Origin: Candidatus Buchananbacteria bacterium
GTDB taxonomy: Bacteria; Patescibacteriota; Patescibacteriia; Buchananbacterales; UBA6539
DNA: 64,000 bases
Assembly (NCBI GenBank): GCA_041663485.1
Contig: JBAYMO010000001.1
Location: 11,023-75,022, forward strand
Direction: 5' to 3'
This document shows, piece after piece, positions 38,706-47,086 of the stretch. Each line of letters begins with the position of its first letter. Within the stretch, counting starts at the first letter, position 1. The position numbers and the translations under genes are program-made. The notes below the pieces were generated by a model. That model was given only the letters and a program-made list of their open reading frames with translations. It was not told the origin of the DNA and did no database searches.

Positions 38706-40538
38706 TTAAATTATTCCTTCCCGAACCAGCATCCTGGCGTGTTCCCGCGGTAGAAATACTTCATTCTCGCGCCAATCAACTCGATTGCAAAATTCCAATA
38801 CCGATTTTTTTACCCATGTATCAATTATTTTTTCCGGCGGTAATTTGGTTAAATATTGCATTTTCTTATCACCACTTTTTTCGATATCTTCGGCAACTTC
38901 CGCCTGATGATCGACTAGTAAGACCTCACGGTAATAATTGCTTATTGTATCTTCAAAATTACTTTCAAATCCCCCGAAATGCCGGCCGCTGGCGATAATA
39001 CCAGGAAAAACTTTCGCAATCTCCCTTACTATTTCACGTTCGCGTCGCCGGCTGTCTTCCTCATCGGACCAAGCGTCCGTGCCAACACGTTTAAAAATGA
39101 CATTATATTTTTTTCTCAAAATATTTTTTACTAAATCAGTCATTTCAGTCGAGGACGGCACAAATTCAATCTGATCATTCTCACTATTTTTTGCCAAATT
39201 TTCTTCAGCCAGTCCGGTAGAAATTACGGTAGAATTTTTTGGAATTTTAATTCCCAATTTATTTGGATCAACCACCCAATATGTATCAGCCGGCATAAAA
39301 TTAGCCATTACACCATTTTCTTTTACCATTTGACCCAATGGCGCAAGAATACCAATATTACTTTTATCCCATTCCCCAGGGCCGATAAATCCCGCCGTGG
39401 CAATACCGTCGATGGCAAAATGCTCGGTAATTCGTCCAACTTTATTGCCAGTGGCCCCAGAATGCGTCGGAATTATCCAGTCGCCCGATTCCTGATCAAA
39501 GATTGGTTCATAGGCCGTCATGTGAATTGCGACGTGCTGGTCAAGCGCCTCAACCAAACGCTCCGGAATTTCCACTTCTTCGCCATTTTTATGGCGCTCA
39601 ATAAAATCTTCGAGATCTGCGATTACAGAAGAAATTTCTACGGCCTGTTTGCGAAAATTTTCTTTTTCATATTCCATCTTTGATTTAGATTCCGATTCTT
39701 GGATACTAGTTAAATTGATTTTATATCCAGCTAACACTAACTTACATTGACGAACCAGAAAAGGTGGCGAAAAATGTTTTTTCTTTTCTAATTCTTGCTG
39801 TAAATCCGCTGATATTCTTTTGTCGCCTAACAACGCCTGCAAAATTAGATTCCTGGCATTTTGAGAATTATCTCTTAAAATGCCGCTTTCATCAAAACTT
39901 AAAGCAATAATCATATCTTCCAAAACTTCGGTTTTTACCACATCGATTTCCGAGGCTGAAAACTGACCTTCCGGGAAAGAATTTCTGATCATGACCGCCA
40001 AGTCAGCCAATGACTTAGGCTGGCCATCAGCAACAAAAACGGCGCTACCTTTACTTGCGGCTTTCCTTAAATTATCCAGTTCGGCTTTTCTTAGGCCGGT
40101 TTTTGGTTTGGGATAATCCGCTTCCGATGGATTAATCCGGTATTCTTTAAAATTATATCCACCGGCCCTACACTGATAGTTGACATTAACCTGAGGATGA
40201 TATGGTTTAGTATATTCTCCGCTGAGATTTATATCATAAACCGCAGCGGCACTTTTTTCTAGACTAACTTTATTTTCCTTGATTTTTTCCGGCTCCCTGG
40301 CGTAAGGCACATCGCCGACCATCACTGCAACTTTATCTTTTACCATCTCCGGATCAAACAAATTTTCCTGGTCTTTGAAATAAACCGAAATTCTGGCATC
40401 ACCAATCTTATAAACATATTCGTTATACTGCAAACCGCTACTGTCTTGGCGTTCAATTGTTTCTACTTCAAACTTCGGCTGGGGCTCCACCTCAAACCCG
40501 ACTTCAGCTAAATTTTTTGATATTTCTCGACGCTCCAT
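38706..40538 (-). CDS. Hypothetical 610-aa soluble protein embedded in the hydrogenase/nickel operon
   Basis: Long ORF with no recognisable signature, lying between hydG and the Ni-transporter genes. Confidence 0.6.
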   Translation of the reverse strand: MERREISKNLAEVGFEVEPQPKFEVETIERQDSSGLQYNEYVYKIGDARISVYFKDQENLFDPEMVKDKVAVMVGDVPYAREPEKIKENKVSLEKSAAAVYDINLSGEYTKPYHPQVNVNYQCRAGGYNFKEYRINPSEADYPKPKTGLRKAELDNLRKAASKGSAVFVADGQPKSLADLAVMIRNSFPEGQFSASEIDVVKTEVLEDMIIALSFDESGILRDNSQNARNLILQALLGDKRISADLQQELEKKKHFSPPFLVRQCKLVLAGYKINLTSIQESESKSKMEYEKENFRKQAVEISSVIADLEDFIERHKNGEEVEIPERLVEALDQHVAIHMTAYEPIFDQESGDWIIPTHSGATGNKVGRITEHFAIDGIATAGFIGPGEWDKSNIGILAPLGQMVKENGVMANFMPADTYWVVDPNKLGIKIPKNSTVISTGLAEENLAKNSENDQIEFVPSSTEMTDLVKNILRKKYNVIFKRVGTDAWSDEEDSRRREREIVREIAKVFPGIIASGRHFGGFESNFEDTISNYYREVLLVDHQAEVAEDIEKSGDKKMQYLTKLPPEKIIDTWVKKSVLEFCNRVDWRENEVFLPREHARMLVREGII

Positions 40539-40594
40539 ATTAAATACTCAATTATTATTTATTGTTGATTAATTACCCTTTTGATCGGTATATT

Positions 40595-41413
40595 TCAAAC
40601 TGTCCCCGGGATATCTTTTAACTGAGCCCAAGAAAAAATCGGACCATCTTTACAGACATAATAAGGACCAATGGCGCAATGCTGACACACACCAACACCG
40701 CAATACATCTTTCTTTCCAAAGAAATATAAATATCTTCGTCTTTTACCCCCTGTTTCTTTAAATTTTCTATAACCGGTCGATACATTACCGGCGGACCAA
40801 CAACCAAAGCCACGGTATTGGCAAAATCCTGCTTTTTATTAAACAAAACCGTAATCACTCCGGTTGGACCCTTCCACTTTTTTGACGGGCTAGCCAAAAC
40901 CACATCCAAGCCAACTTTTTTTTGCCACTGACAGAATTCACGCTTAAAAAGTAAATTATGTTCATCCTGACAACCATAAAAAACATTAACTTTATTGGCA
41001 GGCAATTTACCGGCCAAAAAATCCAAAACAATTGAACGCATGACGATAAATCCCGAACCACCGCCCACCAAAAGCAAATCTTTCCCTTGGGTCATTTTCT
41101 CTGGCAAACCGTTACCAAATGGTCCCCTAACCGTTGCTTGATCACCAACATTTAGCTCGTGTAATTTGGTAGTTAAAGTACCCACTTTTCTGATAGCCAA
41201 ATCAAAAGTTTTAGTTTGACTGGCCGAGGAACAAATATCAAAAGCCGCCTCACCGTGATTTAGCAAACCAAGCATTAAAAACTGGCCATGATTAAAGGCA
41301 AAATTTATTCTGTTTTTTCTTTCAATAAACTCAAAAGTAAAAAGTTTAATGTCAGGCGTTTGCTCAACAATCTTTATCACTCTGACTAATTTTGGGATAT
41401 ACAAATTATGCAT
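40595..41413 (-). CDS. hydG: Hydrogenase gamma subunit / PyrK-like FAD-NAD(P) oxidoreductase with a 2Fe-2S cluster
   Basis: 272 aa; ferredoxin-reductase fold and C-terminal CGVGVCQHC...C. Confidence 0.75.
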   Translation of the reverse strand: MHNLYIPKLVRVIKIVEQTPDIKLFTFEFIERKNRINFAFNHGQFLMLGLLNHGEAAFDICSSASQTKTFDLAIRKVGTLTTKLHELNVGDQATVRGPFGNGLPEKMTQGKDLLLVGGGSGFIVMRSIVLDFLAGKLPANKVNVFYGCQDEHNLLFKREFCQWQKKVGLDVVLASPSKKWKGPTGVITVLFNKKQDFANTVALVVGPPVMYRPVIENLKKQGVKDEDIYISLERKMYCGVGVCQHCAIGPYYVCKDGPIFSWAQLKDIPGTV

Positions 41414-41417
41414 TGAT

Positions 41418-42404
41418 TTATTTAATCTTGCCTTTTAAAATTCTCTGCAAATTTTCTTTAATATCAATACCCACCGGACAAACTTTTGTACAACGACCAC
41501 AGCCGACACATCCGGGCAAAGAAATATCGTCGGGACAGCGGACAAATTTATGTTCATACCAAAATCTAATCCGACTCATAGTATTCGATAAAAATTTTGG
41601 TTTTTTTGAATCAATTTCCAAACCGGCCACTTCGGAAAAATCCGTATAAAAACAAGTAGTTTGCAACCGACAACGATCGCCACAGCCAGAGTTTAGTCCG
41701 GGCTGATCGCTAATATCAAAACAGAAACAGCACGGACAAATTACCGTACATTTGCCGCATTCAATACAAATTTTTCCCAGATCTTCCCAAATTTTATTAT
41801 CCTCATAAAACTTTTCTCTGATTTTTAACATCTGTGGATCTTTGCCTTCTTCTCTGATTGGTCCGACATATTCAACGTGATCGTAATTTTTATAACCAAA
41901 ATCGTCTAAAATTCGCTGCCCATCTTCTGAGCCGGTATAAACCAAATATTTGTCTTTACAAACAGCCAAGAATATATCAAATTTTAAATGCTCCAGCATG
42001 TCCTCTTGAAACTTTGCCAGAAAAAATTGCGTTCTCTCAGCGGGCACCAAACTATGACCGACAATCAAAGTGTTTTTTACGCGCTCCTGAAAGTAAGGAT
42101 CTTTGGCAAAAATTTGATTCAAAAAAGTTACTGCCTTTAAATCAACTACGGTCAGACCAAAAATCACTTGTTTAGGCGAGGTAAAATTCTGTTTAATTTG
42201 GTTTTTTTGATAAGAAAAAAGCACCTCTTTGGCAGGTACTAAAATTCGTTTAAATGAATGCAGAGGCAATTCATTAGTTAATTCAACTTTTTTGGGATCA
42301 TCAACTGTTTCCATGACCAATTCACCGTTAATTCTTTGCGGTGCCCAAACAATATTTTGTTGGGACAAATACTCAATAAATTGACGCAATTGTTTATTGG
42401 TCAT
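41418..42404 (-). CDS. hydB: Hydrogenase beta subunit (HydB/AsrA-like Fe-S protein)
   Basis: 328 aa; CIECGKCTVICP and CVGCGRCTKVCP, i.e. two 4Fe-4S motifs. Confidence 0.75.
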   Translation of the reverse strand: MTNKQLRQFIEYLSQQNIVWAPQRINGELVMETVDDPKKVELTNELPLHSFKRILVPAKEVLFSYQKNQIKQNFTSPKQVIFGLTVVDLKAVTFLNQIFAKDPYFQERVKNTLIVGHSLVPAERTQFFLAKFQEDMLEHLKFDIFLAVCKDKYLVYTGSEDGQRILDDFGYKNYDHVEYVGPIREEGKDPQMLKIREKFYEDNKIWEDLGKICIECGKCTVICPCCFCFDISDQPGLNSGCGDRCRLQTTCFYTDFSEVAGLEIDSKKPKFLSNTMSRIRFWYEHKFVRCPDDISLPGCVGCGRCTKVCPVGIDIKENLQRILKGKIK

Positions 42405-42564
42405 ATCTATTTTATTATAACATAAATTCAGAATATAACCAAGGAATAATTTACTAAAAAATTACTTCTTGAAAATAATTTTAAGCTTACCTGATTGACA
42501 AATCAATCTAGCCGGCATAATATGGCCATAGAATCTTTGCTGCTCTTTACTGGAGGGAACTAAC

Positions 42565-42783
42565 GTGGCAAAACAAACCGATACCTGGATAGAGGCCTGT
42601 CCAAACTGCGGCACCGAAGCCACATTAACACAATGGGCTTGCGGCTGCATCACCTGGACCTGGAAATCTGAAGATGTTAATAATGGGGGGCATAGCCGTA
42701 AATGTCCGACCGGAGACTTCTTTTCCAAAAGAGCCCACCTGTGCGCTGAGGGAAAAAATCCACATAGGCCATTGGAACATTAA
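42565..42783 (+). CDS. Cysteine-rich small protein (72 aa, zinc-ribbon-like) with a GTG start
   Basis: GGAGGG SD 6 nt upstream of the GTG. Motifs CPNCG...CGC...KCPTGD...C. Intrinsic terminator at 42784-42814. An antisense ORF at 42462-42728 overlaps it. Confidence 0.45.
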   Translation: MAKQTDTWIEACPNCGTEATLTQWACGCITWTWKSEDVNNGGHSRKCPTGDFFSKRAHLCAEGKNPHRPLEH

Positions 42784-42814
42784 CCCAACAAAACCGTAGT
42801 TGGGCTATTTTTTT
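42784..42814 (+). terminator. Intrinsic terminator
   Basis: Stem cccaac/gttggg with a 9-nt loop, followed by T8. Confidence 0.6.
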
Positions 42815-42831
42815 AATTTTAATTATATACT

Positions 42832-43317
42832 TTATTTATATTTATTTTTACTTGAAGCATTAAATTTAACCACCCCATCTAATATCCCCTGTTTAAATAA
42901 TTTCTCCCGCAAAATCAAATCATTTTTTCGTGAGTAAATAAATTTCAAATCTTTGACTAAATTCAACTCTACTATTAGCTCTTTTTTGGTCAATTTTTTT
43001 TGCTTAATAAAATTAATATAACAATTTTGATATTGTTTAACTGTTTTACAGTTTAAGTAATTTTGCGATCCAAATATTTTTTTATCTTCGGGCGTAGCTA
43101 AAACTAAACAAGTAGTAAACTTGTCGTTTTTCTTATTTTTTAATAAATTATAAAGCCGACAAGTGGCGCATTGGTTTTTACAATTTCTCACCTCAACACA
43201 ATCATAAATAAAACGATAACCTCGCCAATTGTCTAAAATAACGTTAATAAACCCAGAATATTTTTTTGACAATTTCTTGAATTCAGCTTCTGCTTGTTTA
43301 ATTATTTTTTGATTCAT
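42832..43317 (-). CDS. Hypothetical Cys-containing protein (161 aa)
   Basis: CVEVRNCKNQCATC cluster and native AT-rich codon usage. Confidence 0.5.
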   Translation of the reverse strand: MNQKIIKQAEAEFKKLSKKYSGFINVILDNWRGYRFIYDCVEVRNCKNQCATCRLYNLLKNKKNDKFTTCLVLATPEDKKIFGSQNYLNCKTVKQYQNCYINFIKQKKLTKKELIVELNLVKDLKFIYSRKNDLILREKLFKQGILDGVVKFNASSKNKYK

Positions 43318-43332
43318 AAATTTATACGAATA

Positions 43333-43380
43333 ATTTTTTTAAAAATGGTTGGGACAGTTATCTTGTTATTCTGTCCCAAC
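43333..43380 (-). terminator. Intrinsic terminator of the radical SAM gene
   Basis: 10-bp stem gttgggacag/ctgtcccaac followed by a U-run on the minus strand. Confidence 0.6.
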
Positions 43381-43390
43381 CCAACTCAAA

Positions 43391-44434
43391 TTAGAGGTAC
43401 GCCATGGGGCATAGGGTATAACCCCCGAAAGGATCGCCCATACCTTCGACCGTGGCTCGACATCCGCCGCGACATTTCTCCCATTTGGCACAGGAATGGC
43501 AAGGTTCCTTGACCAGACTTTGATCCAATTTCAAACGATGGCAAATCAAAGGTGATTCGTAGGCTGCCTGAATCGGATTGGTGTCAGAAATTCGAGCCAA
43601 AACCACGGGGCTATTAGTACAAGCCCGAATTGACCCATCTACGGCAAAATACAAACCTTTGTCATAGAACGGGCACGAACCAAAGACATGCGGCATTAAA
43701 ACTTCAGCCGGCTCCAAACCAAACTCCGCTCGAACTGACTGAATGGCCAAAATCATTTCCGCAATCTGCGGCGGCGTTGGCGCCACTTGCCAATAGTCTG
43801 GCCCAATGGTCTCGCCCGAGCCCATCAATTCCAGATCAGTACCAATATTCTGTTGCAAACACCAGCGATAATACTCAGATGCCAAGCCGATATTTTCCTG
43901 ACGAATCAAATTCTGCAAGCGCAAAAGCGGTTGGGTATAACCAGCCTGCTGCAAAATACCAATCGCCTCAATCATCCTTTGCGCTTGAACCTGGCTCTGA
44001 CCAATCATTTTTGCCTGCAAGGGCAGCTGGGTCTGATCGGCCGGATTAATGTTGAGCTTGCCGGTAATGTGAATCTGCCGCTCAAATAACCACTGGGCCA
44101 AGGCCGGAGTAATGGCCAGCATATTGGTAAAAATCCACGGTAGAATGCCCCGCTCAAGCAAAATCTCAATGTACTGGCGCAGATTGGGCCAAAGCAGCGG
44201 ATCGCCGCCCAGCAAATCCATAGTTTCCAGCTCCGAGCCGCGATAATCACGACAAAGATCCAAAACCCTGATCGCCTGATCCAGCGACATCTCGCCATGA
44301 TTCAAAGCCTTACGCCTAACCATGTAACATCCCGGACAAGCGCATTGACATCGACTTGTTACCTCAATAATGCCATAGCGTAAACCACAAGCCTGACCTG
44401 ATTGTAGATAACGATCTTTCTGATTTGTCTGCAT
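43391..44434 (-). CDS. Radical SAM enzyme with a C-terminal SPASM/twitch-like Cys-rich domain
   Basis: CQCACPGC (CxxxCxxC) motif; C-terminal CHSCAKWEKCRGGCRA. The start was moved to the internal ATG preceded by a GGAGGA SD. GC is about 48%. Confidence 0.75.
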   Translation of the reverse strand: MQTNQKDRYLQSGQACGLRYGIIEVTSRCQCACPGCYMVRRKALNHGEMSLDQAIRVLDLCRDYRGSELETMDLLGGDPLLWPNLRQYIEILLERGILPWIFTNMLAITPALAQWLFERQIHITGKLNINPADQTQLPLQAKMIGQSQVQAQRMIEAIGILQQAGYTQPLLRLQNLIRQENIGLASEYYRWCLQQNIGTDLELMGSGETIGPDYWQVAPTPPQIAEMILAIQSVRAEFGLEPAEVLMPHVFGSCPFYDKGLYFAVDGSIRACTNSPVVLARISDTNPIQAAYESPLICHRLKLDQSLVKEPCHSCAKWEKCRGGCRATVEGMGDPFGGYTLCPMAYL

Positions 44435-44471
44435 GGAATGCTTCCTCCAAAGTGTAAAGAGCCTGATTTTT

Positions 44472-44501
44472 GCTAATGCAAAAACCCCGCCACAAGCGGG
44501 G
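44472..44501 (-). terminator. Hairpin plus U-run between the yerC-like and radical SAM genes (terminator or attenuator)
   Basis: ccccgc/gcgggg stem with a uugug loop followed by UUUUUG. It lies within the N-terminal 31 codons of the longest ORF call. Confidence 0.4.
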
Positions 44502-44528
44502 CAATTAGACATTTTTAAAAATCTCAAA

Positions 44529-44882
44529 TCACCTCGATCGTGGCGAGTTGATTCGATGATGATTATTTAATTTGATATTATTATTCATAGTTTTATTATT
44601 TTTAGATAACGCCAATTTGTAACCCCCTTCACCATAATTTAACCAATAAGCGACGCGAGTAACCGTGGTCGTCGATAAACCGGTTTTTTGGGCAATTTCG
44701 CGATAAGGCTTGCCCCGGCTGATCATTTTTACCGCTTGCCAACGGCTAGTCATTTCCTTTAATTCTTCCAGGGTGCAAAGATCACGAAAAAATTTTGCTA
44801 CTTCACCGGTTTTTTTCAATTTCAAAATTGCTTTAAATAATTCCGTGCTTTCTTTGTTTTGCCAGACAAATTTTGAAGCCAT
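44529..44882 (-). CDS. YerC/YecD (TrpR-like) helix-turn-helix protein
   Basis: ELFKAILKLKKTGEVAKFFRDLCTLEELKEMTSRWQAVKMISRGKPYREIAQKTGLSTTTVTRV aligns closely with B. subtilis YerC. The start was moved to MASKF because the longer call overlaps the promoter. Confidence 0.7.
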   Translation of the reverse strand: MASKFVWQNKESTELFKAILKLKKTGEVAKFFRDLCTLEELKEMTSRWQAVKMISRGKPYREIAQKTGLSTTTVTRVAYWLNYGEGGYKLALSKNNKTMNNNIKLNNHHRINSPRSR

Positions 44883-44911
44883 AGGCTGTTTCAATGTTTT
44901 AATATGATAAT

Positions 44912-44940
44912 ACATTACCACGGTCATAGAATTATGTCAA
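44912..44940 (-). promoter_or_regulatory. Sigma70 promoter (TTGACA-17-TAATGT) for the yerC-like gene
   Basis: Plus-strand tgtcaa at 44935-44940 and acatta at 44912-44917. Confidence 0.5.
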
Positions 44941-44954
44941 GACCTGAAATAACC

Positions 44955-44986
44955 AGATACAAAAGAAGCCGTTTTTACGGCTTCTT
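44955..44986 (-). terminator. Intrinsic terminator of gap
   Basis: 9-bp stem aagaagccg/cggcttctt followed by a U-run on the minus strand. Confidence 0.6.
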
Positions 44987-45008
44987 AAAATAAACTGAAA
45001 TAAAATAT

Positions 45009-46031
45009 TTACTTTATCAATTTGCCCATATCTTCTAGCATTTGTACCATACGCATTGAGTAACCCCATTCATTATCATACCAAGCTAAAACTTTTATTA
45101 GATTACCACCAATCACGCGCGTATAAGGCAAATCAATAATAGCGGAAAACGGGTTACCAATATAGTCGCTGGAGACCAACGGTTCCTCCGTGACTTTTAA
45201 AATCCCCTTGTAGAGTGGATCCTTGGCTGCTTTTTTAAAGGCATTATTAATTTCTTCAATGGTAGTATTTTTCTTTAAAACTGCCGTAATATCAGAAACC
45301 GAAGCACAAATCGTTGGCACGCGAATAGAGATACCATCAAAGAGATCAGCTAATTTTGGGATTACTTTTGTTGTAGCAATCGCCGCACCGGTGGTGGTAG
45401 GAATTATATTATAAGCGGCCGCTCTGGCTCGACGTAAATCGCGATGCGGACCATCAACTAAATTCTGGTCAGCGGTATAAGAATGCACGGTTGTCATCAT
45501 GGCTTTTTCAATGCCAAAAATATCAGATAAAACCTGCATAACTGGCGAAATACAATTAGTTGTGCAAGAAGCCATGGAAACCACCTGATCACATTTGCCC
45601 TTAGTAATGCAATCAACTGAATATCTAGTACCATAAACCAAAGTCTGAGTTTGATCGTCTTTGGCCGGCGCCGACAAAAGCACGCGTTTGGCTCCAGCGG
45701 TTAAATGGCCACCCGCCTCTTCTTTATTGGTGAAGCGTCCGGTACACTCGGCCACTACTTTTACTCCCAACTTAGACCAGGGCAATTTAGCCGGATCTTT
45801 TTCGGCAAAAATTGGATAAAATTTTCCGTCAACTTTAATTCCCTCTTTTACCGCTTCCACTTTTTTAAAATATTCCCGATAGACAGTGTCATATTTTAGT
45901 AAGTGAGCTAAAGTCTTACTATCCATTAAATCATTAATCGCTATGACTTCCAGCTTTTTGCTGGCTAAAGCACCTTTAAAAACCGCCCGGCCAATGCGGC
46001 CAAAGCCATTAATTGCAATTTTTGTCGCCAT
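45009..46031 (-). CDS. gap: Glyceraldehyde-3-phosphate dehydrogenase
   Basis: 340 aa; INGFGRIGR and the catalytic SCTTNC motif. Confidence 0.9.
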   Translation of the reverse strand: MATKIAINGFGRIGRAVFKGALASKKLEVIAINDLMDSKTLAHLLKYDTVYREYFKKVEAVKEGIKVDGKFYPIFAEKDPAKLPWSKLGVKVVAECTGRFTNKEEAGGHLTAGAKRVLLSAPAKDDQTQTLVYGTRYSVDCITKGKCDQVVSMASCTTNCISPVMQVLSDIFGIEKAMMTTVHSYTADQNLVDGPHRDLRRARAAAYNIIPTTTGAAIATTKVIPKLADLFDGISIRVPTICASVSDITAVLKKNTTIEEINNAFKKAAKDPLYKGILKVTEEPLVSSDYIGNPFSAIIDLPYTRVIGGNLIKVLAWYDNEWGYSMRMVQMLEDMGKLIK

Positions 46032-46096
46032 AATTTTTGGTTAATACTTACTGTAATATTATAACATATAAATTTATTTTTTATAACTCAGGTAAT

Positions 46097-46125
46097 TTGA
46101 CAAGAATATAGTTTCTTGATAATTT
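46097..46125 (+). promoter_or_regulatory. Sigma70 promoter (TTGACA-17-TAATTT)
   Basis: ttgaca at 46097-46102, taattt at 46120-46125. Confidence 0.55.
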
Positions 46126-46161
46126 ATAGCCAACCAAGGACAACCCAGAGGAGACTCAGTC

Positions 46162-46542
46162 ATGAACATGAACAAAAAACCAGTCGAGATTCGTGGAATC
46201 TATCACTGTGAAGTGATCAAGACGACCAAAGAAGTTCAGGTCAAATCAGAAGAACCAAGGCATAATCGTTTCTATGGCGAATGTGAATATAAAGATGTGA
46301 CGGTATCGGAGAAAGAATTTGTTCGAACCGTACAGGTGACCGAAACCGGTAACCCATATAGCGGCAAAATCTTGCCAATTGCTTCTCACTACGGCCAGCT
46401 CAAAGATGGTGACGAGGTGGTATTTATAATTTCGGATGACAACCCGCCGAAAGCGGCCATGGTTCATCCCAAAAATTACCAACCCAGCAATTCCCGTCGT
46501 CCTGGCCTTCGCCAAAATCCGTGGTATAGCTCGAGACGATAA
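46162..46542 (+). CDS. Hypothetical 126-aa protein
   Basis: Strong promoter and a GAGGAG SD upstream, with a terminator at 46566-46590. No motif recognised. Confidence 0.55.
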   Translation: MNMNKKPVEIRGIYHCEVIKTTKEVQVKSEEPRHNRFYGECEYKDVTVSEKEFVRTVQVTETGNPYSGKILPIASHYGQLKDGDEVVFIISDDNPPKAAMVHPKNYQPSNSRRPGLRQNPWYSSRR

Positions 46543-46565
46543 CTTTTACATTGATCATTGTTTGA

Positions 46566-46625
46566 CAAACCGCTTTGGTTTGTTTTTTTATTAACAAAAC
46601 CGCCGCTGAAAGCGGCGGGATAAAA
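46566..46625. terminator. Two face-to-face intrinsic terminators between convergent genes
   Basis: Plus-strand hairpin caaacc/ggtttg followed by T7. Minus-strand hairpin ccgccgc/gcggcgg followed by a U-run. Confidence 0.6.
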
Positions 46626-46657
46626 AATATATTTTAAGCCTAAATAACTACCAAAAG

Positions 46658-47086
46658 CTATTGGCTTAAAATATTATAAGTAAAAGTCTTCTCAACTTTT
46701 TTACCCGGCCAACCATAATTAAATTCCAACTTAAACTGTCCGGTCTTTTCCACCTTAAAAAGCCAGGTTACTGTTCTCTCATTGGTTTTATCATCGCTGG
46801 TTACCTTTTGATCCTTGAGAGAAACATAAGACGCCGCGGCAATACCGGCAATAACATATTCCCGATTCTTATCTTTATTAACAAATTTAACTGATAAAAC
46901 ATCGCCCGGGGTAGTGGTATTGGTTTGATTATTTTGGACTGACAAGTCAATGACTTTGCCGGTCTCAGCTACACCCACTGCCTCTTCAACAGTTTGCTGA
47001 TTAACTTGGGACTTTGTCCCAAAACTACAAGCGCTTAAGGTTAGCGCAAAAAACAAAACTAAAATAATTAAAATCTTTTTTCTCAT
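46658..47086 (-). CDS. Hypothetical lipoprotein
   Basis: 142 aa with the lipobox LTLSAC. Confidence 0.5.
   Translation of the reverse strand: MRKKILIILVLFFALTLSACSFGTKSQVNQQTVEEAVGVAETGKVIDLSVQNNQTNTTTPGDVLSVKFVNKDKNREYVIAGIAAASYVSLKDQKVTSDDKTNERTVTWLFKVEKTGQFKLEFNYGWPGKKVEKTFTYNILSQ

Noticed and set aside
42462-42728. 88-aa minus-strand ORF antisense to the 72-aa Cys-rich gene
   Set aside because: TTG start with no SD, whereas the plus-strand frame has an SD and a terminator. Kept only as a note inside a finding.
44435-44527. N-terminal 31-codon extension of the radical SAM ORF (MRFLKMSNCPACGG...)
   Set aside because: It contains a strong hairpin plus U-run (terminator of the yerC-like gene), and a GGAGGA SD precedes the internal ATG at 44434.
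46246-46515. 89-aa minus-strand ORF antisense to the 126-aa gene
   Set aside because: No expression signals. The plus-strand frame has a consensus promoter, an SD and a terminator.
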